Source: Candidatus Aminicenantes bacterium (GTDB taxonomy: Bacteria > Acidobacteriota > Aminicenantia > Aminicenantales > Saccharicenantaceae). From it: a stretch of 64,000 bases of DNA. The notes below the pieces were generated by a model. That model did no database searches, was not told the DNA's origin, and worked only from the letters and a program-made list of their open reading frames with translations. This document shows positions 9,681-18,930 of this stretch, one piece after another. Each line of letters opens with the position of its first letter. The stretch's first letter is position 1. The position numbers and the translations under genes are program-made. Location of the stretch: NCBI GenBank assembly GCA_963796835.1, contig CAWCND010000015.1:101386-165385 (forward strand), read 5' to 3'.

Positions 9681-11224
9681 GGCCTGTGATCTCCTTTGTC
9701 GGAATTCGGCGGAAGGCCGGGTTTGGCGGGCGCCGTGGGCGGCTCCAGGGCTCCGGTATCATGGGTGAACTGGACTAGGGCCAGGAACCAGTCGGACTTG
9801 GCCTGGACGAGCTGAACCCTGCCGTTCTCGAGGACGGACTCCGCGGCCAGCAGGTCGAGGATGCTGCCGACGCCTTCCTTGTAGCGGCCGAGAGCCACGT
9901 CATAGGAGGCGGTGGCGCTTTCGAGGAGGTCGCGGGCGGTCCGGATCTTCTGCTCCGACGTCTTGAGGCCGTAATAGCTCGTCCAGACCTCGAGCTCGAT
10001 CCCCCGGCCGATCTCCGTCATTTGGTCCCGGGCCGCCTCGGCCTGGGCCTTGGCCGCCAGGACCTCATATTCCTGGAGGCCGAAAAGGAACGGCAGGTTG
10101 ACCGAAAGAGAGATCGCATAGAACGGATTAGAGGCCGGGCTGCTCGAGACCCCGTTGAACTGTAAGTTCTGATAGTAAATGCGACCGATGTTGCCGCTCA
10201 GCGAGAAGCTCGGGAAAAATGTCGCCCGGGCTTGACGGATAGCGGCCTCGGATTGGAGGACCAGGGCGCGCGAGGCCGCCAAGTCGGGCCGCCTGGCCTC
10301 GGCTTCCTTGATGCAGAGGTCGACCTGCTTGTCGACCGCATCGAAGACGATGCTCTCCGGAAGCTTGTCGGAGATTTCGAATACGGCATCGGCCCGGAGT
10401 CCCATCGAGCTGGCCAGGGCCCCGTGGAGCGTCCGGATGAGGCCGCGCGTCGTCACGAGTTGGAGATCGATCGTCGAGAGGGCGGTCTTGGCTTGGAGGA
10501 CGTCGGCGATGGTGGCGACCCCGGCCTGGTGGCGATCGTTCGCGGCATCATAGTTGGCCTGGGCGCCCTTGCGGTTGATCTCCTGAGCGTCGAGGAGGGC
10601 TTGGGCGGCCAGATATTGATAATAGGTGCTCTCGATCTGGAGGATGACGTTTTGGAAGACCGCGTTCTGGGTCCAGTTGGCCGCTTCCAAAGCCCGTCGC
10701 GCCGACTGGACGCTGGCCTCGCGTCCCCCGAAATCGTAAAGCAGGAGGCTCAGGGTGGCTGTGGGGGTCGTGGTCGTCTGCTCGACGATATACGTGCCGC
10801 CGAAGTAGGCCTGCTTTTGCTTGCTGACCGGGACAGCCACGTTGACCTGGGGAAGATAGGCGCCCTGGGAAATGCTCACAGCGGCCGAGGCGGCGCGCGC
10901 GGCGTCCCAGGCCGCCCGGGTCTGGGGATTGTTGGCCAGGCCGACATCGACGATATCGCCAAGCGTCCAGGTCCGCCCCGCCGCTTGGAGCTCGGCGGGG
11001 ATCAGGGGGGAAGGAAGGGCCGCCGGGGGCCTGGCTTCCTTGGCGGGCGGCACCCAGGAGTGCGCGGGCGAGTCCGCCGTCCTCTCGGTGATGCCGTTCA
11101 TCGTCGCGCAGGCGCAGAGCAGCGCCAGGGCCACGGCCGCAGTTGCGGGCCTGGCGAAGCGGCCGAAAAGGGGACGGGGGCGAACCGGGCTTGGCCGGGT
11201 CCTGAAGTTTCGCTCTAAAGACAT
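9677..11224 (-). CDS. TolC-family outer membrane efflux lipoprotein
   Basis: Start chosen at 11224 (SD GGAGG); lipobox LCAC; GLANNPQTRAA, RRPDLAAS, GRYKEGVGSILDLLAAE; overlaps the MFP start. Confidence 0.9.
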   Translation of the reverse strand: MSLERNFRTRPSPVRPRPLFGRFARPATAAVALALLCACATMNGITERTADSPAHSWVPPAKEARPPAALPSPLIPAELQAAGRTWTLGDIVDVGLANNPQTRAAWDAARAASAAVSISQGAYLPQVNVAVPVSKQKQAYFGGTYIVEQTTTTPTATLSLLLYDFGGREASVQSARRALEAANWTQNAVFQNVILQIESTYYQYLAAQALLDAQEINRKGAQANYDAANDRHQAGVATIADVLQAKTALSTIDLQLVTTRGLIRTLHGALASSMGLRADAVFEISDKLPESIVFDAVDKQVDLCIKEAEARRPDLAASRALVLQSEAAIRQARATFFPSFSLSGNIGRIYYQNLQFNGVSSSPASNPFYAISLSVNLPFLFGLQEYEVLAAKAQAEAARDQMTEIGRGIELEVWTSYYGLKTSEQKIRTARDLLESATASYDVALGRYKEGVGSILDLLAAESVLENGRVQLVQAKSDWFLALVQFTHDTGALEPPTAPAKPGLPPNSDKGDHRP

Positions 11225-11397
11225 CTTGAACCTCCCTGTCAGAGGGGTGGCGACGCGGCTATGATATCCCGTCTGTTCGGTTATCCTCTTCCTTGGTCGC
11301 CAGATATAGCCATCCATAAGTCCGCTATTATGGCATGCCGCAGAAAAGAATTCAACGTCACCGCGGCGGATTTCCTTCGAAAAAGCGCTTCGGGCTA

Positions 11398-14124
11398 CTA
11401 TTTCCGGCCGCTCGTCCCGGGATTCGCCAGGCGGGGATCGGGCCTCACCGTGAGCGGTTGAGTATAGGTTTTCCCATCGACCGTCAGTCTAACCGTGTAG
11501 GTCCCGGGCTGAACGGCAACGCCTCTTCCTCGGCCAAATCCCCCGCCGCCCGGGCCTCTCTCTTCGCCTCCGGCAGGCGCCGGGCCACGGAGGTCCCAGA
11601 CCCAGCGGTGCATCCCCGCCGCCGCCGAAAGCGGTTCGGGCACAGGCATCCAGATGGCCTGAACGTTGAGCGTGTCAGGATTGCGCGGAGGCGTCCGATC
11701 ATCGCTCGAGTAGCGGCGCAACGTCTGGCCGGCCTGATCCAGGATCTCGAGCGTGACCGGGCCGGCGGCGGCCGACTTCAGGAAGTAATCGATCAGGGCG
11801 CCGTTCGGCGGATTTTCGGCGAACGGCTCGTCCTTGGGCAGGGTCGTCCCGTACTCGCTTCCCGGCGGAATATTGACGGCATCGGCCGGCTTGAAGAGGA
11901 TCGCTTCGGCGTTCGCGGCCGCGCTGTCGATCTGACGCAACACGGTGATATCGTCGAGGACCCAGAACCCGCGGCCGTGCGTGGCGACGGTGAGATCGTC
12001 GCCGTGGATGGCGAAGTCCCGCATCGACGACGGCGGCAGGTTGAGCTGCAGGGACTGCCAGGCGTCGCCATCGTCGAACGACACGTAGACCCCAAGCTCG
12101 GTCCCCGCGAAGAGCAGACCCCGTCTGGCCGTGTCTTCCTTGACGGTTTGCACGTACACGCCCGGGGGCAGCCCGTTGGTGACCTTCTGCCAGGTTCTGC
12201 CGCCGTCACGGGTGCGGTAAATGTACGGCTCGTAATCCTCGAGCTGATGCCGTTCCACGGCGGCGTAGGCTTCATTCGGGTCCGAGTGCGACGCGTCGAT
12301 CATCGTCACTTTGCTCCACGGAGTCAAAGCCGGCGGCGTCACGTTCTGCCAAGTCCGGCCGTCATCCGGCGTGACCTGGATGAGGCCGTCATCGGTGCCG
12401 ATCCAGACGAGCGGCGCGAGGACCGGCGACGGCGCGATCGTGTAAATGACGCCCCGGCGAGGGCTCCCGCCCGGCGGGGCGTCCGCCGCGGCGGCCGCGT
12501 CGAGGTTGGGCGGCACGCCGGGGTCTTCCCGCGTCAGGTCAGGGCTGATCCTCGTCCAGCTTTCGCCTCCGTTCGTTGTCTTGTAGAGATACTGATTGGC
12601 GAAGTACAGCGCCTGCTTGTCGGCCGGCGAGAACACCAGCGGCTGGGTCCAGTCGTGCCTGAACGGCCCCCCCTGGGCGCCCCGCTCGGGAGAGACGCTT
12701 TGGGACGCGCCGGTGACGTTATTCCAGCGGCTGACGGTACCGCCGTACAAGATCTCGGGATGCAGCGGATCGGGCGCGGTGTAGCCGCTCTCGCCGCCGG
12801 CGCCCACGCCCGTCCAATCATGCATGGAGATGACGGCATGGGGGCTGCGCGCGGGCACGCCCACGGGGCCGCTGTCCTGTTGCGCGCCGGTGAGCCAGTA
12901 GGGGAACCGATAGTCGGCGGCCACGTGATACAGCTGGGCGGTCGACTGGTTGTACCACGAGCTCCACGTCAGCGCCCCGTCGACCGTGACGATGGCCCCC
13001 TGATCGCTGGCCACGATCATGCGCTGGGGGTCCTCGGGAGCGATCCAGAGCTGATGGTAGTCATCCCCGCCGGGCGCTCCCTTGATCGGGACCCAGCTCT
13101 TGCCTCCATCGACGGACCTGTAAAGCGCGGTGTTGGAGACGTAGACGACGTCCGGATTCTTCGGGTCGACCGCGATCTTCCCGAAGTACCAGCCGCGGCC
13201 CCAGATCCGACTATCGCCCGACATCTTTCGCCACGCCGCCCCGGCGTCATCGGACCGGTAGAGCCCGCCCTCCTTCGCGTCGATAACGGCATACACGCGC
13301 CGGGAGTTCGTCGGCGCCACGGCGACGCCGCTGCGCCCGAAGTTTTCGGACGGAAGGCCCGCGAGGAGCTGTTTCCACGTCGTCCCCCCGTCGGTTGACT
13401 TGAAGAGGCCGCCTCCCGGGCCGATGGACGGACCATAGATGTACCACGGGGGACGTCGAGTGGCCCACAGGGTCGCATAGATGACCTTCGAATTCCTCGG
13501 ATCGAACGCAAGGTCGACGGCGCCGGCGGCGTCGCCCCTGGACAGGACCTTTTGCCAGGTCGCGCCTCCGTCGCGCGAGCGATAGACGCCCCGGTCCGGA
13601 CTCGGCCCATAGGCATGGCCCAAGGCCGCGACGAAGACGATCCCGGGGTTCTTCGGATCGACCAGCACTCGCGCGATCTGGCGCGTGTTTTCCAGGCCGA
13701 TGTGCGCCCATGTCTTCCCGGCGTCCATACTCTTGTACATCCCGTTCCCGAACGAGATCGAGTCGCGCATGTCGGCTTCGCCCGTGCCGACGTAGAGGAC
13801 GTTCGGATTCGACGGGGCGACCCCTATGGCGCCGATCGAGGCGACCGGCTGCCTGTCGAAGAGAGGCGCCCACGTCCGGCCCGCATTCGTGGATTTCCAC
13901 AAGCCGCCGCAGACCGAGCCGTAGTAGAAAGTGTTCGGTTGCCCGGGCACGCCGCTCACGGCGTTCACCCGGCCTCCTCGAAATGGCCCGATCAACCGCC
14001 ACCGCAGCCCCGAGTAAAGGCTCTGGGGAAGGGGCTGCTGGGCGAAGGCATCGAAGACGCCGTTCGCAGCGATGAGCACGATCACGATACAGGCGGCCAT
14101 CACGGTTCGGCGGACAGCGGACAT
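11398..14124 (-). CDS. VPS10/sortilin-like BNR/Asp-box repeat protein (glycosyl-hydrolase-like beta-propeller)
   Basis: WRLIGPFRGGR; repeated SxDGGxTW boxes; GGDDYHQLWI; QDSG; SD AGGAG precedes ATG 14124. Confidence 0.85.
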   Translation of the reverse strand: MSAVRRTVMAACIVIVLIAANGVFDAFAQQPLPQSLYSGLRWRLIGPFRGGRVNAVSGVPGQPNTFYYGSVCGGLWKSTNAGRTWAPLFDRQPVASIGAIGVAPSNPNVLYVGTGEADMRDSISFGNGMYKSMDAGKTWAHIGLENTRQIARVLVDPKNPGIVFVAALGHAYGPSPDRGVYRSRDGGATWQKVLSRGDAAGAVDLAFDPRNSKVIYATLWATRRPPWYIYGPSIGPGGGLFKSTDGGTTWKQLLAGLPSENFGRSGVAVAPTNSRRVYAVIDAKEGGLYRSDDAGAAWRKMSGDSRIWGRGWYFGKIAVDPKNPDVVYVSNTALYRSVDGGKSWVPIKGAPGGDDYHQLWIAPEDPQRMIVASDQGAIVTVDGALTWSSWYNQSTAQLYHVAADYRFPYWLTGAQQDSGPVGVPARSPHAVISMHDWTGVGAGGESGYTAPDPLHPEILYGGTVSRWNNVTGASQSVSPERGAQGGPFRHDWTQPLVFSPADKQALYFANQYLYKTTNGGESWTRISPDLTREDPGVPPNLDAAAAADAPPGGSPRRGVIYTIAPSPVLAPLVWIGTDDGLIQVTPDDGRTWQNVTPPALTPWSKVTMIDASHSDPNEAYAAVERHQLEDYEPYIYRTRDGGRTWQKVTNGLPPGVYVQTVKEDTARRGLLFAGTELGVYVSFDDGDAWQSLQLNLPPSSMRDFAIHGDDLTVATHGRGFWVLDDITVLRQIDSAAANAEAILFKPADAVNIPPGSEYGTTLPKDEPFAENPPNGALIDYFLKSAAAGPVTLEILDQAGQTLRRYSSDDRTPPRNPDTLNVQAIWMPVPEPLSAAAGMHRWVWDLRGPAPAGGEERGPGGGGFGRGRGVAVQPGTYTVRLTVDGKTYTQPLTVRPDPRLANPGTSGRK

Positions 14125-14346
14125 TGTCGATTCTCCTTTCATGAGGCCCCATTCTCATCCGCCGCGCGCCGTCTGTCAAGAACGGGCGGATCCGCGCCGG
14201 GAACTCGAGGTCAGCGGGGCCGGCGCTGATGTGGACAAAATATATGACACGTCCGGCATCGCTGCCGCCCGCGATTTGAGCGGCGGCTCATGCCCTGTGA
14301 TATAATGCATTGCGTTTCGAGGCACTGATCCAGGAGATCATTCACC

Positions 14347-14967
14347 ATGAAGAAATGGGCCGTTTATTTTTTATGCACCCTCGCTTTTGTCGGCGGCGCG
14401 GCCGCCACCTGTGTTGTCATGCTCTTTGTGCAGTCCCTTGATCACGGACCGGCTTACCTGTCGAAAAGTTTTTCGTCCAAGGGAGAGCAGACGCCGGTTT
14501 ACAGCGAAGACGCCCTGGCCCAAAAGGACCTCATTCCTTTTCCGAAGATCGACGATCTCAATTTTCGGGCGAAATTCATCGAATCTGCCGGGGCCGCCGA
14601 AAATACGGTGTCGCTCAGCTATATCGCCGAAATGTCCGTGGAGAAGCTGGAGAAGAAAGACCTCCCCGAGAGATTCTCCAAGAAGTTCGAAGAATCGAAT
14701 GCCGAATGGATGTATGTCGCGCCCGACGACGTCTTATATGAGATATCCTTCAAACTCGCCATCCTGGATAAGGACGGATTCGAGATCTTCAGCGCCAACT
14801 CGCCGCCGGAAACCGTCCGTTCCGGAGAGATCAACCGTGTCCAAAATATCGCGGCCGACAAGGTCCCGGCGGATATCGCCAGAAGGACAAAGGCCATCAA
14901 ACCTGTGGTCGTGCTGAAGAGATGCGTCCGGCCTCTCTACCGCGAGAAAAGCTCCGTCACGGGCTGA
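14347..14967 (+). CDS. Hypothetical protein with N-terminal membrane anchor
   Basis: 206-aa ORF with SD (AGGAG) and a hydrophobic N-terminus; no recognised family. Confidence 0.6.
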   Translation: MKKWAVYFLCTLAFVGGAAATCVVMLFVQSLDHGPAYLSKSFSSKGEQTPVYSEDALAQKDLIPFPKIDDLNFRAKFIESAGAAENTVSLSYIAEMSVEKLEKKDLPERFSKKFEESNAEWMYVAPDDVLYEISFKLAILDKDGFEIFSANSPPETVRSGEINRVQNIAADKVPADIARRTKAIKPVVVLKRCVRPLYREKSSVTG

Positions 14968-15026
14968 GAGAGACTTCCAAGGGAGCGTGGGACGCCTTTA
15001 AGCCGGTGCCGAAGATATGGCCCCCC

Positions 15027-16472
15027 TTACCGGACACACATCCACAGGTCATTGAGATAGCCCGGCTTTCCGGCAGAATCCAGGCCCAATCCCCCGAAGA
15101 GCCAGAGGTTCCCGCTCGGATCGATCCAGGAGACAGCCTGATGTCTTGCCCCGGGGACGTTTGACAGCGCGGCTGTGCCCTTGGTGCCGTAAAAGCCCCT
15201 CGGGTTTATCATGTCGCTGCCGGAGACCCATGTCCATTCAAGGGTCAGCGGGTCATACTTCCACAGGTCATTGAGAATGCTGTCGTAGCCGGACGAACCC
15301 AGCCCAAATCCCCCGAAGAGCCAGAGTTTGCCGCTCGGATCGAGCCACGAGACAGCCTGATACCGTCCGCCGGGGACGTTGGACGGAGCCGCTGTGCCCT
15401 GGGTGCCGTAGATGCCGTTCTGAGTAATGATATGGCTGCCGGAGATCCAGGTCCATTCAAGGGTCGCCGGGTCGTATTGCCAGAGGTCGTTGAGATAGCC
15501 ATTATTCCCGACCGAATCATAACCCCATCCCCCGAAGAGCCAGAGTGTGCCGCTCGGATCGAGCCAGCGGACGGCCCCATACCTTGCCCCGGGGACGTTT
15601 GACGGAGCGGCTGTGCCCTGGGTGCCGTAGGACCCCACCTGGTAGATCATATTGCTGCCGGATACCCAAGTCCATTCAAGGGTCGCCGGGTCGTATTGCC
15701 ACAGGTCATTGAGATAGCCGTAATTTCCGGCCGAATCATAGCCCCCTCCCCCGAAGAGCCAGAGTGTGCCGCTCGGATCGAGCCACGAGACAGCCGAATC
15801 TCTTGCCCCGGGGACGTTTGACGGAGCGGCTACCCCCTGAGTGCCGTAGGTGCCGGACTGATTTTGTGTATTGCTGCCGGAGACCCATGTCCATTCGAGG
15901 GTCGTCGGGTCATATTGCCACAGGTCATTGAGATGGCCGAAAGTATGGGTTGAATCCAAGCCGCTTCCCCCGAAGAGCCAGATCGTCCCGTTGGGATCGA
16001 GCCAAATCACTGCCGATTGCCTTGCCCCCGGGACGTTTGACGGAGCGGCTATGCCCTGAGTGCCGTAGATGCCCGATTGATTTTTTGTCTTGCTGCCGGA
16101 GACCCAAGTCCATTCAAGGCCGGCCGGATCGTACTTCCATAGGTCATTGAGGTAGCCGTAACTGCCGGTTGAATCCAGGCCATATCCCTCGAAAAGCCAG
16201 AGCGTTCCGCTGGAGTCGAGCCAGGAGGCAGCCCCGTACCTCGCCCCGGGAACGTTCGATGGAGCGGCTGCGCCCTGGGTGCCATAGGCGCCCACTTGAT
16301 TTACGGCATTGCTGCCGGAGAGCCAGGTCCACTCAAGGGTTGACGGCGGTGGGGAGCTCGTCGATTCATTATTGCTGCAGGCGGAAAGCAGCGTCGAAAA
16401 AGAGAGCATCAAGACGGCCAACTTCCGTGCGCTCCTGAGACGATCCCTTTTCAATGAGCCGGTTCCCGGCAT
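15027..16472 (-). CDS. Kelch-like repeat lipoprotein, six ~73-aa repeats (paralogue 1)
   Basis: Lipobox LSAC; six units WTWxSGS...YGTQG..APSNVPGAR..AVSWLDPSG.LWLFGG.G.DS.G..GYLNDLW.YDP. Confidence 0.85.
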   Translation of the reverse strand: MPGTGSLKRDRLRSARKLAVLMLSFSTLLSACSNNESTSSPPPSTLEWTWLSGSNAVNQVGAYGTQGAAAPSNVPGARYGAASWLDSSGTLWLFEGYGLDSTGSYGYLNDLWKYDPAGLEWTWVSGSKTKNQSGIYGTQGIAAPSNVPGARQSAVIWLDPNGTIWLFGGSGLDSTHTFGHLNDLWQYDPTTLEWTWVSGSNTQNQSGTYGTQGVAAPSNVPGARDSAVSWLDPSGTLWLFGGGGYDSAGNYGYLNDLWQYDPATLEWTWVSGSNMIYQVGSYGTQGTAAPSNVPGARYGAVRWLDPSGTLWLFGGWGYDSVGNNGYLNDLWQYDPATLEWTWISGSHIITQNGIYGTQGTAAPSNVPGGRYQAVSWLDPSGKLWLFGGFGLGSSGYDSILNDLWKYDPLTLEWTWVSGSDMINPRGFYGTKGTAALSNVPGARHQAVSWIDPSGNLWLFGGLGLDSAGKPGYLNDLWMCVR

Positions 16473-16551
16473 TTTCCCTTCTCCCTCTCTCTCGCCGACC
16501 TTCTGGCCATCACCTGGCAACGGTGGAGATTCTCCTTTCCTGTGGAGCATA

Positions 16552-16956
16552 TCAGGCCCCGGGGTGGGGCTGTTGCTTCTCGAGGATCGCGTTGATGCTC
16601 TTCTCGTTCAGCTCGTACAATGAGCCCGTCGTGACATCGATGATCACCGCGTCGAGGATCACCGGGACCAGCCCCCAGAGCACGTCCAGGAGGATCCAGC
16701 CGCCGTTGACATGGTTCTTCACGTTGACGGTCTTGGTGGGGTAGCCCTCCTTGCGGAACTCGATGGAGTACGTGAGCTTGGACTCCAGCTTGAGCTTGAG
16801 GGGCGTTTCACCCATCAACGTGCCGTTCACATAGACCTCGGCGCCCTGTGGCTTGGAGTTCAGGTCGATCTTGCTGGAGCTGCCTTTGAAGATAGCGGCA
16901 CAGGAGCCCAAGAACAGACAGAGCAGGCCCACCGAAAGAAAATAAAAAACGCGCAT
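16552..16956 (-). CDS. PEGA domain lipoprotein
   Basis: SD AGGAGG; lipobox LGSC; NSKPQGAEVYVNG..MGETPL; IEFRKEGY. Confidence 0.85.
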   Translation of the reverse strand: MRVFYFLSVGLLCLFLGSCAAIFKGSSSKIDLNSKPQGAEVYVNGTLMGETPLKLKLESKLTYSIEFRKEGYPTKTVNVKNHVNGGWILLDVLWGLVPVILDAVIIDVTTGSLYELNEKSINAILEKQQPHPGA

Positions 16957-17027
16957 CAAGCCTCCTGCCAAGAGTGCATTCCGATCAGGCTGCTCGCCTT
17001 CCTGTTCATCCAACATATCAAGCCCGC

Positions 17028-18716
17028 TCAAAAGACAATGCTCAGGCCGGCGAAGACCCTTTTCTCGAGGCCGTGGACGCGGACCTCCTGGATCTTCCCC
17101 CACCTATAAATGTCCTCGTAGTTGAGGAACACTTCCAAGGGGGCGCGGGGCACCTTCCAGCCGGCGCCGAGAAGGCAGCGCGTCCTGCTGTCGTCGAGAT
17201 GGGCGTTATTCGTGACCCGGACCGGCCACCTGTCCAGGAAGTCGGCCGAGCCCCAGGCGGCGAAGCTGGCCTGACCGCGGGCCCGGAAGTTCCCCCATTC
17301 AAAGTCCGCCTTTTCCGAAAAGGTCCCCCCGAAGCCATAATAATAGCCATAGTAAACGACCGTGGTCTTCATGCCGGCGATATTGTAGAGCGCGGAATAT
17401 TCGTTCAGGGCGAAGGAGTTGACCAGCCCGAAATCGAAATAGGCCGACGTCACGGACCTGAGCTTGAAGCCCTGGCGGAAGATCGTCCAGTCCAGGACCG
17501 GGCCGGCGATGTGGACGAGGGCCAGCTTGTCGGTGAAGGCCCGCGGCCTCTCGAGATCGAGGGACTCGATGGGCCTGTCGACCGAGACCGGATTGATGTC
17601 GTAATAGTCGAGCGGCCTTTTCTTGAAATACTCGAACGACGAGCCCAGACCGATGCTCAGGCTGTAGCCTTCCCGGTCGGCGTCGATGTCCTGGCGGACG
17701 TAACCCCAGCTCCTGGCCTCGGCCGTGATGTTCGTCTCGTCCGCATATCCATCCCGGCTGGTATAATCGAAGGTGATCCGGCTGAAGTACGTGTCCTTGA
17801 GGGTTTCGCTGAGCTGCCCCGGTTTCCCGTATTCCGGCAGCTCCATGATCTGGTCGTCCAGGCCGAAATAGGCGCCGGTCTGGGTCGCCTGCCCCGCCGA
17901 ACTGAGGCTCCGGACGCCGGTGAACAGGTTGAAGCCGTGCCAGCCCGGCTGGACATAGTCCCATGTGGCCGGGTCCTTGCGGTCCAGCCACTGGTTGAGC
18001 TTGTTGAACGGATTGATGAAACCGAGGGCATTGAGAAAGACGTTCGACTGGGCGTTCAGGAAGCGGCCGATCTGGAACCAGGATTCTCCGAGGGAATACC
18101 CGCCGAGGCCCGTCATTGTCTGATCGTTGATCGAGACGACTTCGTGCAGTTCTATACAGTATTCCCAGAAAAAGGACCCGGCCACGGACATCAGCCAGGA
18201 CTGGACCCAGGATAGGTTATTGGTCCGGCTGAATTGGTAATAGATCCCGCCGGCGAGGCTGTGGGTCCAGTTGTCCCGGAATCCGTTGGAATCGAAGCGC
18301 CAGGCGTCAAGGGTGAAAAAGCGGCGCAACTGGTCGTGCCAGTTGATCTGGAAATCCCAGTCCTCGATGTCGCCGCCCTTGGTGTACCTGTAAAGATAGC
18401 TCCCGCCCGATACGGACATGAAGAGGCCGAGCTCAAGCCAGGCCCTGCCGATGTGTTTTTTTGGACTGGCGGCCGAAACCTCCTGATCGGACCGATCTTC
18501 AGCTTCCGGAGCGCCCGGAAAGGACAGGGATAGCATTCCGGCGCTGTTGCATGAGCCGGGCCCTGGCGCCGGGGTTATGGAGAGGGAGAAAGGGATACGC
18601 TCCCCGGACCCTGCCGAGGCGGACGGAGAGTCGCCGGCAGATCCCGGAGTGCTCAACAACGCCAATGAAAAGATCGCCAGGACGCTTGTGATCGTGGCCC
18701 TTTTTATCTGCGGCAT
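17028..18716 (-). CDS. DUF3943-type outer membrane protein
   Basis: Signal peptide; DNWTHSLAGGIYYQFSR..SFFWEYCIE..SINDQTMTGLGGYSLGE; C-terminal beta-strand ending in F (VFAGLSIVF). Confidence 0.75.
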   Translation of the reverse strand: MPQIKRATITSVLAIFSLALLSTPGSAGDSPSASAGSGERIPFSLSITPAPGPGSCNSAGMLSLSFPGAPEAEDRSDQEVSAASPKKHIGRAWLELGLFMSVSGGSYLYRYTKGGDIEDWDFQINWHDQLRRFFTLDAWRFDSNGFRDNWTHSLAGGIYYQFSRTNNLSWVQSWLMSVAGSFFWEYCIELHEVVSINDQTMTGLGGYSLGESWFQIGRFLNAQSNVFLNALGFINPFNKLNQWLDRKDPATWDYVQPGWHGFNLFTGVRSLSSAGQATQTGAYFGLDDQIMELPEYGKPGQLSETLKDTYFSRITFDYTSRDGYADETNITAEARSWGYVRQDIDADREGYSLSIGLGSSFEYFKKRPLDYYDINPVSVDRPIESLDLERPRAFTDKLALVHIAGPVLDWTIFRQGFKLRSVTSAYFDFGLVNSFALNEYSALYNIAGMKTTVVYYGYYYGFGGTFSEKADFEWGNFRARGQASFAAWGSADFLDRWPVRVTNNAHLDDSRTRCLLGAGWKVPRAPLEVFLNYEDIYRWGKIQEVRVHGLEKRVFAGLSIVF

Positions 18717-18930
18717 CGGTATGAACGCTTTCTTCTTCTTTTCGTCAAGCCGAATTCCCGAATAATAAATTTTATCATAGTCCTCAAAATTTAGAGCGAT
18801 TCAAATCCTCTTTTCACCTTTTTTCTCGCGATTTCGAGGCCGATCACCGATGGAAGACGTTCCCGCGCTGCCGCGACACATGATCCCCCCGGCTTGTCTC
18901 GGGATCCCGTTTTAGATATCATGATCCCAA

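Noticed and set aside
5400-11224. RND pump as a novel system or a pseudogene
   Set aside because: It is an ordinary tripartite efflux operon, and the indel pattern fits sequencing error.
15027-16472. Regular ~219-bp repeats as a CRISPR array
   Set aside because: The repeats are in-frame protein-coding units with codon-position variation, have no unique spacers, and no cas genes are present.
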